From NCBI RefSeq assembly GCF_045037415.1, contig NZ_CP173438.1: 64,000 nt of DNA, one strand, 5' to 3'. The notes below the pieces were generated by a model, which saw only the letters and a list, made by a program, of their open reading frames with translations, made no database searches and had not been told where the DNA came from. Each line of letters opens with the position of its first letter. Within the stretch, counting starts at the first letter, position 1. The DNA comes from Escherichia coli. Its GTDB lineage: Bacteria > Pseudomonadota > Gammaproteobacteria > Enterobacterales > Enterobacteriaceae. Shown here in pieces: positions 1 to 18,023 of the stretch. The position numbers and the translations under genes are program-made.

Positions 1-2527
<2,527 letters not shown>

Positions 2528-2533
2528 GTGCGG

Positions 2534-2962
2534 TTAACCTCCCGTAAGTGGAACTAACAGCACATCGACCTCACTTGAGGTAATCACTCTTTTCGCCGAG
2601 CAGGATGCTCGCGAAAAGAAACTGTGATTGTGATTACCGCAAATCACCAAATCGAAATGATGTTTGCGACAAACTTCCAGAATATGTTCGCTTAACTCAC
2701 CGTAGGCAATAAACGTCTTGTCAACGGGATACCCCGCATCCTGAATTAACTTATCAAGAAAGCTTTGCGTTTCTTCCTGCATCACGTTGCGTAAATCTTC
2801 AAGCATCGGCGCAGCTAATTGATTGTACATTTCCGGGTCGGAAGCGAGAGTAATTAAACTGATGTGTCCCTTTACTGGCCTGGCGATAGATACCGCTTTT
2901 GCCAGCAGTTGCTGACTTTCCGGTGTAACCGCAACGGCGACAAGAATATTGCTATAGCTCAT
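2534..2962 (-). CDS. uspC: universal stress protein C
   Basis: 142-aa ORF MSYSNILVAVAV... matches UspC (YecG); convergent with otsA with 6 bp between stop codons. Confidence 0.9.
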   Translation of the reverse strand: MSYSNILVAVAVTPESQQLLAKAVSIARPVKGHISLITLASDPEMYNQLAAPMLEDLRNVMQEETQSFLDKLIQDAGYPVDKTFIAYGELSEHILEVCRKHHFDLVICGNHNHSFFSRASCSAKRVITSSEVDVLLVPLTGG

Positions 2963-3741
2963 AACCTGTTCCTTATTCTGTGAACTTCAGGTGACATTAA
3001 AGCTTTACTCCTAATGGAGAAACGACGCAATCCCAACTCAGTTAAACAGGTAAATATTAGTCTGGTCATTAGTAAATACAATTAATCAATTGCTCTTGGT
3101 TATCATATGATTTCAACTGTATTTATAAGAAAATAATGTACTGATTTCCCATATTGAACAAGTGGTTAATATATGTAAAGCATTTTATTAACATTAGGTT
3201 GATTGTTGCCTTTCTTTGTAGTTAATTAGTTTGTTGTGCGGTAAGTGTTTGTTTAAAAATGGCTTACCTGGTATTGCATTAAAGCGATTATTTATAGCAG
3301 ATGATTATTTACGGTGAGTTATTTTAACTGTACGCAACATCCCATTTCGATTATTCCTGTTTCATTTTTGCTTGCCAGTGTAGCGAAAAATTTTTTAACA
3401 GATTGAAATACACCCAAAACAAAAGTATGACTTATACATTTATGTTAAGTAATTGAGCGTTTTGTGTGATCTGCATCACACATTATTGAAAATCGCAGCC
3501 CCCCTCCGTTGTATGTGCGTGTAGTGACGAGTACAGTTGCGTCGATTTAGGAAAAATCTTAGATAAGTGTAAAGACCCCCTTCTATTTGTAAGGACTTAT
3601 TAAACCAAAAAGGTGGGTCTGCTTATTGCAGCTTATCGCAACTATTCTAATGCTAATTATTTTTTACCGGGGCTTCCCGGCGACATCACGGGGTGCGGTG
3701 AGACCGCATAAAAATAAAGTTGGTTATTCTGGGTGGGAATA
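2963..3741 (+). promoter_or_regulatory. flhDC upstream regulatory region and long 5' leader (no IS element present)
   Basis: About 780 bp AT-rich intergenic region between uspC and flhD; position corresponds to the class I flagellar master promoter region; individual binding sites not mapped. Confidence 0.5.
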
Positions 3742-4092
3742 ATGCATACCTCCGAGTTGCTGAAACACATTTATGACATCAACTTGTCATATTTACTACT
3801 TGCACAGCGTCTGATTGTTCAGGACAAAGCGTCCGCTATGTTTCGTCTCGGCATAAATGAAGAAATGGCGACAACGTTAGCGGCACTGACTCTTCCGCAA
3901 ATGGTTAAGCTGGCAGAAACCAATCAACTGGTTTGTCACTTCCGTTTTGACAGCCACCAGACGATTACTCAGTTGACGCAAGATTCCCGCGTTGACGATC
4001 TCCAGCAAATTCATACCGGCATCATGCTCTCAACACGCTTGCTGAATGATGTTAATCAGCCTGAAGAAGCGCTGCGCAAGAAAAGGGCCTGA
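3742..4092 (+). CDS. flhD: flagellar master regulator FlhD
   Basis: ORF 3733..4092; [24 protein letters not shown]... matches FlhD; start placed at MHTSEL. Confidence 0.92.
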
Positions 4093-4094
4093 TC

Positions 4095-4673
4095 ATGAGT
4101 GAAAAAAGCATTGTTCAGGAAGCGCGGGATATTCAGCTGGCAATGGAATTGATCACCCTGGGCGCTCGTTTGCAGATGCTGGAAAGCGAAACACAGTTAA
4201 GTCGCGGACGTCTGATAAAACTCTATAAAGAACTGCGCGGAAGCCCACCGCCGAAAGGCATGCTGCCATTTTCAACCGACTGGTTTATGACCTGGGAACA
4301 AAATGTTCATGCTTCGATGTTCTGTAATGCATGGCAGTTTTTACTGAAAACTGGCTTGTGTAATGGCGTCGATGCGGTGATCAAAGCCTACCGTTTATAC
4401 CTTGAACAGTGCCCGCAAGCAGAAGAAGGACCGCTGCTGGCATTAACCCGTGCCTGGACATTGGTGCGGTTTGTTGAAAGTGGATTACTGCAACTTTCCA
4501 GCTGCAACTGCTGCGGCGGCAATTTTATTACCCATGCTCACCAGCCTGTTGGCAGCTTTGCCTGCAGCTTATGTCAGCCGCCATCCCGGGCAGTAAAAAG
4601 ACGTAAACTTTCCCAGAATCCTGCCGATATTATCCCACAACTGCTGGATGAACAGAGAGTACAGGCTGTTTAA
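4095..4673 (+). CDS. flhC: flagellar master regulator FlhC
   Basis: 192-aa ORF with the zinc-binding cysteine cluster (CNCCGGNF...CSLC) typical of FlhC; immediately follows flhD. Confidence 0.93.
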
Positions 4674-4697
4674 CTGATACGGTGTGGCGAAACATTC

Positions 4698-4731
4698 CAG
4701 CAGCGGTAACGACGTACCGCTGCTTTTTTTT
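4698..4731 (+). terminator. intrinsic terminator after flhDC
   Basis: GC-rich inverted repeat cagcagcggtaacgacgtaccgctg followed by a T8 run. Confidence 0.5.
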
Positions 4732-4799
4732 GCCCCTATCGCGTGTTAACGCCTGACGACTGAACATCCTGTCATGGTCAACAGTGGAAGGATGATGTC

Positions 4800-5683
4800 G
4801 TGCTTATCTTATTAGGTTACCTGGTTGTTCTCGGTACAGTTTTCGGCGGTTATTTGATGACCGGTGGAAGCCTTGGAGCACTCTATCAACCCGCTGAACT
4901 GGTGATTATTGCCGGTGCAGGGATTGGGTCGTTTATCGTCGGCAATAATGGCAAAGCGATTAAAGGCACGCTGAAGGCGCTGCCGTTGCTGTTTCGTCGC
5001 TCCAAATACACCAAAGCAATGTATATGGATCTGCTGGCTCTGCTTTATCGGTTGATGGCGAAATCGCGGCAGATGGGGATGTTTTCGCTGGAACGCGATA
5101 TTGAAAATCCCCGTGAGAGCGAGATCTTCGCCAGCTACCCACGCATCCTTGCGGATAGCGTCATGCTTGAATTTATCGTCGATTATCTGCGCCTGATTAT
5201 CAGCGGTCACATGAACACCTTCGAAATCGAAGCCCTGATGGATGAAGAAATTGAGACGCACGAAAGCGAGGCAGAAGTCCCGGCGAACAGTCTGGCGCTG
5301 GTCGGGGACTCACTTCCGGCTTTTGGTATTGTTGCGGCTGTAATGGGGGTAGTTCACGCGTTAGGTTCAGCCGATCGTCCTGCCGCCGAGCTGGGGGCGC
5401 TTATCGCTCATGCGATGGTGGGGACTTTCCTCGGTATTTTATTGGCTTACGGATTTATTTCCCCATTAGCGAGTGTTTTACGTCAGAAAAGCGCCGAAAC
5501 CAGCAAAATGATGCAGTGCGTCAAAGTCACTCTGCTTTCAAATCTGAACGGTTACGCACCGCCTATCGCCGTTGAGTTTGGTCGCAAAACGCTCTATTCC
5601 AGCGAACGTCCGTCGTTTATTGAGCTGGAAGAGCATGTGCGTGCGGTGAAAAATCCGCAACAACAGACGACAACCGAGGAAGC

Positions 5684-5687
<4 letters not shown>
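4800..5687 (+). CDS. motA: flagellar motor stator protein MotA
   Basis: 295-aa ORF, GTG start, [17 protein letters not shown]... matches MotA. Confidence 0.93.
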
Positions 5688-8579
<2,892 letters not shown>

Positions 8580-8599
8580 ATGAGTAAAAAGGTAACAAT

Positions 8600-9103
8600 A
8601 TGACCGGTATGACGAATGTAACAAAGCTGGCCAGCGAGCCGTCAGGCCAGGAATTTCTGGTATTTACCCTTGGTGATGAAGAGTACGGTATTGATATTCT
8701 GAAAGTGCAGGAGATCCGTGGCTACGATCAGGTGACACGGATTGCGAACACGCCAGCGTTTATCAAAGGCGTCACGAATCTGCGCGGCGTTATTGTGCCG
8801 ATTGTTGACTTACGAATTAAGTTCAGCCAGGTGGATGTGGACTATAACGACAACACGGTAGTTATCGTCCTGAATCTCGGACAGCGGGTGGTCGGCATCG
8901 TGGTTGACGGCGTCTCAGACGTGCTTTCATTGACGGCGGAGCAAATTCGTCCGGCACCGGAATTTGCCGTGACGCTTTCAACCGAATATCTCACAGGACT
9001 GGGCGCACTGGGCGACCGCATGTTGATTCTGGTGAACATCGAAAAACTGCTGAACAGCGAAGAGATGGCGCTGTTAGATAGCGCGGCGTCAGAAGTGGCG
9101 TAA
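8600..9103 (+). CDS. cheW: chemotaxis coupling protein CheW
   Basis: 167-aa [36 protein letters not shown]... matches CheW. Confidence 0.93.
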
Positions 9104-9129
9104 TTCTCCCGATGTCCTCAATTGAAATG

Positions 9130-9158
9130 AACCCGATGATCTGCGCATCGGGTTTTTT
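9130..9158 (+). terminator. intrinsic terminator after the motAB-cheAW operon
   Basis: Hairpin aacccgatgatctgcgcatcgggtt followed by a T6 run. Confidence 0.5.
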
Positions 9159-9247
9159 ATTTCAATTTCGCGGCGGGTGGCATCAGCAATAAAGTTTCCC
9201 CCCTCCTTGCCGATAACGAGATCAACTTGTTTTCAGGAAGGTGCCTT

Positions 9248-10909
9248 ATGATTAACCGTATCCGCGTAGTCACGCTGTTGGTAATGGTGCTGGGGGTATT
9301 CGCACTGTTACAGCTTATTTCCGGCAGTCTGTTTTTTTCTTCCCTTCACCATAGCCAGAAGAGCTTTGTGGTTTCCAATCAATTACGGGAACAGCAGAGC
9401 GAGCTGACGTCAACATGGGATTTAATGCTACAAACGCGCATTAACCTGAGTCGTTCAGCGGTGCGGATGATGATGGATTCATCCAATCAGCAAAGTAATG
9501 CCAAAGTTGAATTGCTCGATAGCGCCAGGAAAACATTGGCCCAGGCCGCGACTCATTATAAAAAATTCAAAAGCATGGCACCGTTACCTGAAATGGTCGC
9601 TACCAGTCGTAATATTGATGAAAAATATAAAAACTATCACACAGCGTTAACTGAACTGATTGATTATCTTGATTATGGCAATACTGGAGCTTATTTCGCT
9701 CAGCCAACCCAGGGAATGCAAAATGCAATGGGAGAAGCGTTTGCTCAGTACGCCCTCAGCAGTGAAAAACTGTATCGCGATATCGTCACTGACAACGCAG
9801 ATGATTACCGATTTGCCCAGTGGCAACTGGCGGTTATCGCGCTGGTGGTGGTATTGATTCTGCTGGCGGCGTGGTACGGCATTCGCCGTATGTTGCTTAC
9901 ACCGCTGGCAAAAATTATTGCGCATATTCGCGAAATTGCCGGTGGTAACCTGGCGAATACCCTGACCATTGACGGGCGCAGTGAAATGGGCGACCTGGCG
10001 CAGAGCGTTTCACATATGCAACGCTCTTTGACTGACACCGTCACTCATGTGCGCGAAGGTTCAGATGCCATCTATGCCGGTACCCGTGAAATTGCGGCGG
10101 GCAACACCGATCTTTCCTCCCGTACTGAACAGCAGGCATCCGCGCTGGAAGAAACTGCCGCCAGCATGGAGCAGCTCGCCGCGACAGTGAAGCAAAACGC
10201 CGATAACGCCCGCCAGGCCTCGCAACTGGCGCAAAGTGCCTCCGACACCGCCCAGCACGGCGGCAAAGTGGTGGATGGCGTAGTGAAAACGATGCATGAG
10301 ATCGCCGATAGTTCGAAGAAAATTGCCGACATTATCAGCGTTATCGATGGTATTGCCTTCCAGACTAATATCCTCGCGCTGAATGCCGCTGTTGAAGCCG
10401 CGCGAGCGGGTGAACAAGGCCGTGGTTTTGCCGTGGTGGCGGGCGAAGTGCGTAATCTTGCCAGTCGCAGCGCCCAGGCGGCAAAAGAGATCAAAGCCCT
10501 CATTGAAGACTCCGTCTCGCGCGTTGATACCGGTTCGGTGCTGGTCGAAAGCGCAGGGGAAACAATGAACAATATCGTCAATGCTGTCACTCGCGTGACT
10601 GACATTATGGGCGAGATTGCATCAGCATCGGATGAACAGAGTCGTGGCATCGATCAAGTCGCATTGGCGGTTTCGGAAATGGATCGCGTCACGCAACAGA
10701 ACGCATCGCTGGTGCAGGAATCAGCTGCCGCCGCAGCTGCGCTGGAAGAACAGGCGAGTCGTTTAACGCAAGCGGTTTCCGCGTTCCGTCTGGCAGCCAG
10801 CCCACTCACCAATAAACCGCAAACACCATCCCGTCCTGCCAGTGAGCAACCACCGGCACAGCCACGACTGCGAATTGCTGAACAAGATCCAAACTGGGAA
10901 ACATTTTGA
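9248..10909 (+). CDS. tar: methyl-accepting chemotaxis protein II (aspartate/maltose receptor)
   Basis: ORF 9227..10909; start placed at [16 protein letters not shown]...; C-terminal NWETF pentapeptide and MCP signalling domain present; position next to cheW. Confidence 0.9.
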   Translation: MINRIRVVTLLVMVLGVFALLQLISGSLFFSSLHHSQKSFVVSNQLREQQSELTSTWDLMLQTRINLSRSAVRMMMDSSNQQSNAKVELLDSARKTLAQAATHYKKFKSMAPLPEMVATSRNIDEKYKNYHTALTELIDYLDYGNTGAYFAQPTQGMQNAMGEAFAQYALSSEKLYRDIVTDNADDYRFAQWQLAVIALVVVLILLAAWYGIRRMLLTPLAKIIAHIREIAGGNLANTLTIDGRSEMGDLAQSVSHMQRSLTDTVTHVREGSDAIYAGTREIAAGNTDLSSRTEQQASALEETAASMEQLAATVKQNADNARQASQLAQSASDTAQHGGKVVDGVVKTMHEIADSSKKIADIISVIDGIAFQTNILALNAAVEAARAGEQGRGFAVVAGEVRNLASRSAQAAKEIKALIEDSVSRVDTGSVLVESAGETMNNIVNAVTRVTDIMGEIASASDEQSRGIDQVALAVSEMDRVTQQNASLVQESAAAAAALEEQASRLTQAVSAFRLAASPLTNKPQTPSRPASEQPPAQPRLRIAEQDPNWETF

Positions 10910-10954
10910 CGAGTATTTACTAAAGCGGTCATTGCCGCCTGATGGGGAGCGTTG

Positions 10955-11180
10955 ATGTTTAATCGTATTCGAATTTCGACCACGCTGTTTTTAATTTTGA
11001 TTCTCTGCGGGATCTTGCAGATTGGCAGTAACGGCATGTCTTTTGGGCATTTCGCGACGATTTGCAACGACTGAATCAGGCCGACCATCTTTCGTCGCGT
11101 GTGGCGGTATTTACCCTTGAAGAACATGAAGTAGCACGACATGAGTCGGCGCAGTTACAAATTGCGCCAGTGGTATCCTG
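10955..11180 (+). pseudogene. tap: tap (dipeptide chemoreceptor) remnant: N-terminal about 30 codons joined to the C-terminal about 45 codons, with a frame break
   Basis: ATG at 10955 gives MFNRIRISTTLFLILILCGILQIGSNGMSF then a stop at 11072 after a T4 run; the +1 frame continues WAFRDDLQRLNQADHLSSRVAVFTLEEHEVARHESAQLQIAPVVS* ending at 11180; full-length Tap is about 533 aa. Confidence 0.75.
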
Positions 11181-11199
11181 AAGTGATTGAGAAGGCGCT

Positions 11200-12060
11200 A
11201 TGACTTCATCTCTGCCCTGTGGGCAAACGTCTTTATTGTTACAGATGACCGAGCGCCTGGCGCTTTCCGACGCGCATTTTCGGCGGATAAGTCAATTGAT
11301 CTATCAACGCGCCGGGATCGTTCTGGCTGACCATAAACGCGACATGGTTTACAACCGACTGGTTCGTCGTTTGCGTGCGCTGGGACTGGCGGATTTCGGT
11401 CATTACCTGAACTTGCTGGAATCTAATCAGCACAGCGGTGAGTGGCAGGCGTTTATCAATTCGCTGACCACGAATCTGACGGCATTTTTCCGTGAGGCAC
11501 ACCATTTTCCTCTGCTCGCGGATCACGCACGTCGCCGTTCTGGCGAGTATCGCGTATGGAGCGCGGCGGCTTCAACCGGCGAAGAGCCGTACAGCATAGC
11601 GATGACGCTGGCTGATACATTGGGCACCGCGCCCGGACGCTGGAAAGTGTTTGCCAGCGATATCGACACCGAAGTGCTGGAAAAAGCCAGAAGCGGTATT
11701 TATCGCCATGAAGAGTTGAAAAACCTGACGCCGCAGCAACTGCAACGGTATTTCATGCGAGGGACGGGACCGCATGAAGGGCTGGTACGCGTGCGTCAGG
11801 AGCTGGCGAACTATGTTGATTTTGCCCCGCTGAATTTGCTGGCGAAACAGTACACCGTGCCGGGGCCGTTTGATGCGATCTTCTGTCGTAACGTCATGAT
11901 CTACTTCGATCAAACTACCCAGCAGGAGATTTTGCGCCGCTTTGTTTCGCTCCTTAAACCCGACGGATTGCTGTTTGCGGGTCACTCTGAAAACTTTAGC
12001 CACCTTGAGCGCCGCTTCACGCTGCGTGGTCAGACGGTGTATGCGCTAAGTAAGGATTAA
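11200..12060 (+). CDS. cheR: chemotaxis protein methyltransferase CheR
   Basis: 286-aa [32 protein letters not shown]... matches CheR. Confidence 0.93.
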
Positions 12061-12062
12061 CG

Positions 12063-13516
<1,454 letters not shown>

Positions 13517-13526
13517 GGATGCGACT

Positions 13527-14171
13527 ATGATGCAACCATCAATCAAACCTGCTGACGAGCATTCAGCTGGCGATATCATTGCGCGCATCGGCAGCCTGAC
13601 GCGTATGCTGCGCGACAGTTTGCGGGAACTGGGGCTGGATCAGGCCATTGCCGAAGCAGCGGAAGCCATCCCCGATGCGCGCGATCGTTTGTACTATGTT
13701 GTGCAGATGACCGCCCAGGCTGCGGAGCGGGCGCTGAACAGTGTTGAGGCGTCACAACCGCATCAGGATCAAATGGAGAAATCAGCAAAAGCGTTAACCC
13801 AACGTTGGGATGACTGGTTTGCCGATCCGATTGACCTTGCCGACGCCCGTGAACTGGTGATCGATACACGGCAATTTCTGGCAGATGTCCCCGCGCATAC
13901 CAGCTTTACTAACGCGCAACTGCTGGAAATCATGATGGCGCAGGATTTTCAGGATCTCACCGGGCAGGTCATTAAGCGGATGATGGATGTCATTCAGGAG
14001 ATCGAACGTCAGTTGCTGATGGTGTTGTTGGAAAACATCCCGGAACAGGAGTCGCGTCCAAAACGTGAAAACCAGAGTTTGCTTAATGGACCTCAGGTCG
14101 ATACCAGCAAAGCCGGTGTGGTAGCCAGTCAGGGTCAGGTGGACGATTTGTTGGATAGTCTTGGATTTTGA
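13527..14171 (+). CDS. cheZ: CheY-P phosphatase CheZ
   Basis: ORF 13497..14171; start placed at [12 protein letters not shown]... to give the 214-aa product. Confidence 0.9.
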   Translation: MMQPSIKPADEHSAGDIIARIGSLTRMLRDSLRELGLDQAIAEAAEAIPDARDRLYYVVQMTAQAAERALNSVEASQPHQDQMEKSAKALTQRWDDWFADPIDLADARELVIDTRQFLADVPAHTSFTNAQLLEIMMAQDFQDLTGQVIKRMMDVIQEIERQLLMVLLENIPEQESRPKRENQSLLNGPQVDTSKAGVVASQGQVDDLLDSLGF

Positions 14172-14359
14172 TTTGTATTGCCTGATGTGACGTGACCACG
14201 TCATATCAGGCGATGACGCCGCATCCGACAAACGCATACTATGCTTGATGTGTGGCAGTAAAAGCCCTAAATCCCGCCTGTTTTGCCCCTTACTCAAACC
14301 ATTGAACGCTTTGCGCTCTGGCATCATTTACGCTTAATACTCTTTCCAGGATTGGCGAC

Positions 14360-15508
14360 GTGTCTGACGAGAGCGACGACAAAACAGAGGCCCCCACACC
14401 TCACCGACTAGAAAAAGCGCGGGAAGAGGGGCAAATCCCGCGTTCCCGTGAACTGACTTCACTGCTGATTTTGCTGGTGGGCGTTAGTGTTATCTGGTTT
14501 GGCGGTGTGTCGCTGGCCCGTCGATTGTCGGGCATGCTCTCCGCAGGGCTACATTTTGATCACAGTATTATCAATGACCCGAATCTGATCCTCGGGCAGA
14601 TTATTCTGCTGATCAGAGAAGCCATGCTGGCGCTGCTACCGCTGATTAGCGGCGTGGTGCTGGTGGCGATTATTTCTCCGGTTATGCTGGGGGGGCTGGT
14701 ATTTAGCGGAAAATCCTTGCAGCCGAAGTTTTCCAAACTCAACCCGCTACCGGGCATTAAACGGACGTTCTCGGCACAGACTGGCGCGGAGTTGCTTAAG
14801 GCAATTTTGAAAACCATCCTGGTTGGCAGCGTGACGGGGTTTTTTCTCTGGTATCACTGGCCGCAGATGATGCGCTTAATGGCCGAGTCTCCGATTACCG
14901 CCATGGGTAATGCAATGGATCTGGTAGGGCTATGCGCGCTGCTGGTGGTGCTTGGTGTCATTCCAATGGTGGGATTTGACGTCTTTTTCCAAATCTTCAG
15001 CCACCTGAAAAAGCTGCGAATGTCACGGCAGGATATTCGTGATGAGTTCAAACAAAGCGAAGGCGACCCCCATGTTAAAGGGCGGATCCGTCAGATGCAG
15101 CGAGCGGCCGCACGGCGTCGGATGATGGCCGATGTGCCGAAAGCGGATGTCATTGTCAATAACCCGACCCACTATTCGGTAGCGTTGCAGTATGACGAAA
15201 ACAAAATGAGCGCACCGAAAGTGGTCGCTAAAGGTGCAGGGCTGGTCGCGCTGCGCATTCGTGAAATTGGCGCTGAAAATAACGTCCCGACGCTTGAAGC
15301 GCCGCCGCTGGCGCGTGCGCTGTATCGACATGCGGAGATCGGTCAACAAATCCCGGGTCAACTGTACGCCGCGGTGGCGGAAGTGCTGGCCTGGGTCTGG
15401 CAACTGAAACGCTGGCGTCTGGCTGGTGGACAGCGCCCTGTACAACCTACTCATCTTCCGGTGCCGGAAGCCCTGGATTTTATTAACGAGAAACCGACCC
15501 ATGAGTAA
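14360..15508 (+). CDS. flhB: flagellar export apparatus protein FlhB
   Basis: 382-aa ORF, GTG start; the NPTH autocleavage motif (VIVNNPTHYSVAL) is present. Confidence 0.9.
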   Translation: MSDESDDKTEAPTPHRLEKAREEGQIPRSRELTSLLILLVGVSVIWFGGVSLARRLSGMLSAGLHFDHSIINDPNLILGQIILLIREAMLALLPLISGVVLVAIISPVMLGGLVFSGKSLQPKFSKLNPLPGIKRTFSAQTGAELLKAILKTILVGSVTGFFLWYHWPQMMRLMAESPITAMGNAMDLVGLCALLVVLGVIPMVGFDVFFQIFSHLKKLRMSRQDIRDEFKQSEGDPHVKGRIRQMQRAAARRRMMADVPKADVIVNNPTHYSVALQYDENKMSAPKVVAKGAGLVALRIREIGAENNVPTLEAPPLARALYRHAEIGQQIPGQLYAAVAEVLAWVWQLKRWRLAGGQRPVQPTHLPVPEALDFINEKPTHE

Positions 15509-17579
15509 TCTGGCCGCGATGCTGCGCCTGCCCGCAAACCTGAAATCGACACAATGGCAGATCCTTGCCGGACCGATTTTGATCCTGTTGATCTTGTCGA
15601 TGATGGTGCTGCCACTGCCCGCATTCATACTCGACCTGCTGTTTACCTTCAATATTGCCTTGTCGATCATGGTGTTGCTGGTGGCGATGTTTACCCAGCG
15701 CACGCTCGAGTTTGCTGCGTTTCCGACCATTCTGTTGTTTACCACGCTGTTGCGTCTGGCACTTAACGTGGCTTCAACCCGTATCATTTTGATGGAAGGG
15801 CATACCGGCGCGGCGGCGGCTGGAAAGGTGGTCGAAGCGTTCGGTCACTTCCTCGTCGGTGGCAATTTCGCTATCGGTATCGTGGTGTTCGTCATTCTCG
15901 TGATCATCAACTTTATGGTTATCACCAAAGGTGCCGGGCGTATTGCGGAAGTGGGCGCGCGCTTTGTTCTCGATGGTATGCCGGGTAAGCAGATGGCGAT
16001 TGACGCCGACCTTAACGCCGGATTGATTGGTGAAGATGAAGCGAAAAAACGCCGCTCCGAAGTGACTCAGGAAGCCGATTTTTACGGCTCGATGGACGGG
16101 GCAAGTAAGTTTGTTCGCGGCGATGCCATCGCCGGGATCCTCATCATGGTCATTAACGTTGTCGGCGGATTGCTGGTCGGTGTGCTGCAACATGGCATGA
16201 GCATGGGGCACGCGGCGGAAAGTTATACGCTATTGACCATTGGCGACGGTCTGGTGGCACAAATTCCGGCGTTGGTGATTTCTACCGCCGCGGGGGTCAT
16301 CGTTACGCGTGTCAGCACCGATCAGGATGTTGGCGAGCAGATGGTGAATCAGCTTTTCAGTAACCCAAGCGTTATGTTATTAAGCGCCGCCGTGCTCGGT
16401 TTACTCGGCCTGGTGCCTGGAATGCCAAACCTGGTATTTTTGCTGTTCACTGCCGGATTGCTGGGGCTGGCCTGGTGGATCCGCGGACGTGAACAAAAAG
16501 CGCCTGCCGAACCAAAACCGGTAAAAATGGCAGAGAATAATTCGGTAGTCGAAGCAACGTGGAACGATGTACAACTGGAAGATTCTCTGGGAATGGAAGT
16601 GGGGTATCGGTTGATCCCGATGGTTGATTTTCAGCAGGATGGTGAGTTGTTGGGCCGTATACGCAGTATCCGCAAGAAATTTGCCCAGGAGATGGGCTTC
16701 CTACCCCCAGTGGTGCACATCCGCGATAACATGGATTTGCAACCAGCCCGCTATCGTATCTTGATGAAAGGTGTCGAAATGGGGAGTGGTGATGCTTATC
16801 CGGGGCGCTGGCTGGCAATTAATCCAGGCACTGCCGCCGGAACATTACCTGGTGAAGCGACCGTTGATCCGGCATTTGGCCTGAATGCTATCTGGATTGA
16901 AAGTGCGCTTAAAGAACAGGCGCAGATTCAGGGGTACACCGTGGTTGAGGCCAGCACGGTGGTGGCAACGCATCTTAACCACCTCATTAGCCAGCATGCC
17001 GCAGAGCTGTTTGGTCGTCAGGAGGCACAACAGCTGCTGGATCGCGTCGCCCAGGAGATGCCAAAGCTGACGGAAGATCTCGTTCCTGGCGTCGTCACGC
17101 TTACCACACTGCATAAAGTGCTGCAAAATCTGCTCGATGAAAAAGTGCCGATTCGCGATATGCGCACCATTCTCGAAACGCTGGCGGAACATGCGCCCAT
17201 CCAAAGCGATCCGCATGAATTAACCGCTGTCGTGCGCGTAGCGTTGGGACGGGCGATTACCCAGCAGTGGTTTCCTGGCAAAGATGAAGTCCATGTTATT
17301 GGCCTCGATACACCGCTGGAACGTTTGTTGCTACAGGCGTTGCAAGGCGGTGGTGGACTGGAGCCAGGGCTGGCGGATCGTTTACTGGCGCAAACTCAGG
17401 AAGCGCTATCCCGTCAGGAGATGTTGGGTGCGCCGCCGGTATTGTTGGTGAACCACGCGCTACGACCATTATTGTCTCGCTTCCTGCGCCGCAGCTTGCC
17501 GCAGTTAGTGGTGCTGTCGAATCTGGAACTATCAGATAACCGACATATCCGTATGACGGCGACGATTGGCGGCAAATAA
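15501..17579 (+). CDS. flhA: flagellar export apparatus protein FlhA
   Basis: ORF 15426..17579; start placed at MSNLAAMLRLPANLKSTQWQ... (692 aa); overlaps the flhB 3' end by 8 bp. Confidence 0.92.
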   Translation: MSNLAAMLRLPANLKSTQWQILAGPILILLILSMMVLPLPAFILDLLFTFNIALSIMVLLVAMFTQRTLEFAAFPTILLFTTLLRLALNVASTRIILMEGHTGAAAAGKVVEAFGHFLVGGNFAIGIVVFVILVIINFMVITKGAGRIAEVGARFVLDGMPGKQMAIDADLNAGLIGEDEAKKRRSEVTQEADFYGSMDGASKFVRGDAIAGILIMVINVVGGLLVGVLQHGMSMGHAAESYTLLTIGDGLVAQIPALVISTAAGVIVTRVSTDQDVGEQMVNQLFSNPSVMLLSAAVLGLLGLVPGMPNLVFLLFTAGLLGLAWWIRGREQKAPAEPKPVKMAENNSVVEATWNDVQLEDSLGMEVGYRLIPMVDFQQDGELLGRIRSIRKKFAQEMGFLPPVVHIRDNMDLQPARYRILMKGVEMGSGDAYPGRWLAINPGTAAGTLPGEATVDPAFGLNAIWIESALKEQAQIQGYTVVEASTVVATHLNHLISQHAAELFGRQEAQQLLDRVAQEMPKLTEDLVPGVVTLTTLHKVLQNLLDEKVPIRDMRTILETLAEHAPIQSDPHELTAVVRVALGRAITQQWFPGKDEVHVIGLDTPLERLLLQALQGGGGLEPGLADRLLAQTQEALSRQEMLGAPPVLLVNHALRPLLSRFLRRSLPQLVVLSNLELSDNRHIRMTATIGGK

Positions 17580-17971
17580 TGAGAGCCTTATTAGCAATAT
17601 TATTGTTTCCGCTGCTGGTGCAAGCCGCCGGGGAGGGGATGTGGCAGGCGAGTAGCGTGGGCGTTACGCTAAATCATCGCGGTGAATCGATGTCGTCAGC
17701 GCCTCTTTCTACGCGACAACCTGCTTCAGGATTGATGACGCTGGTGGCGTGGCGTTATCAGCTTATCGGTCCGACACCTGCAGGACTGCGGGTTCGCTTG
17801 TGTTCACAATCTCGTTGTGTCGAATTGGAGGGGCAGAGTGGAACCACCATGGCCTTTTCCGGTATACCGGCGGCAGAACCGTTGCGCTTTATCTGGGAAG
17901 TGCCTGGCGGTGGGCGGCTAACTCCGCCGCTAAAGATTCAACGGAATGAAGTGATTGTAAATTATCGTTAA
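17579..17971 (+). CDS. flhE: flagellar protein FlhE
   Basis: 130-aa ORF with signal peptide MRALLAILLFPLLVQAAGEG...; follows flhA. Confidence 0.88.
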   Translation: MRALLAILLFPLLVQAAGEGMWQASSVGVTLNHRGESMSSAPLSTRQPASGLMTLVAWRYQLIGPTPAGLRVRLCSQSRCVELEGQSGTTMAFSGIPAAEPLRFIWEVPGGGRLTPPLKIQRNEVIVNYR

Positions 17972-17975
17972 TGAT

Positions 17976-18010
17976 AAAAAAGCCGATGTCTGCAATGACA
18001 TCGGCTGTTG
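17976..18010. terminator. bidirectional intrinsic terminator between convergent flhE and argS
   Basis: Hairpin agccgatgtctgcaatgacatcggct flanked by an A-run upstream and a T-rich stretch downstream. Confidence 0.5.
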
Positions 18011-18023
18011 CCGTATAACGCGA

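Noticed and set aside
2963-3741. IS element in the flhDC upstream region (a known IS insertion hotspot, IS1 in K-12)
   Set aside because: The intergenic region is short (about 780 bp) and encodes no transposase-like ORF or terminal inverted repeats; it appears to be the uninterrupted regulatory region.
10072-10650. 192-aa and other minus-strand ORFs inside tar
   Set aside because: Antisense to the well-supported tar coding sequence; Ala/Ser-rich low-complexity translation typical of reverse frames of GC-rich genes.
17972-18023. yecT-like small ORF between flhE and argS
   Set aside because: Only 52 bp separate flhE and argS here and they contain just a terminator hairpin; no ORF is present. 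Absence noted, not pursued.
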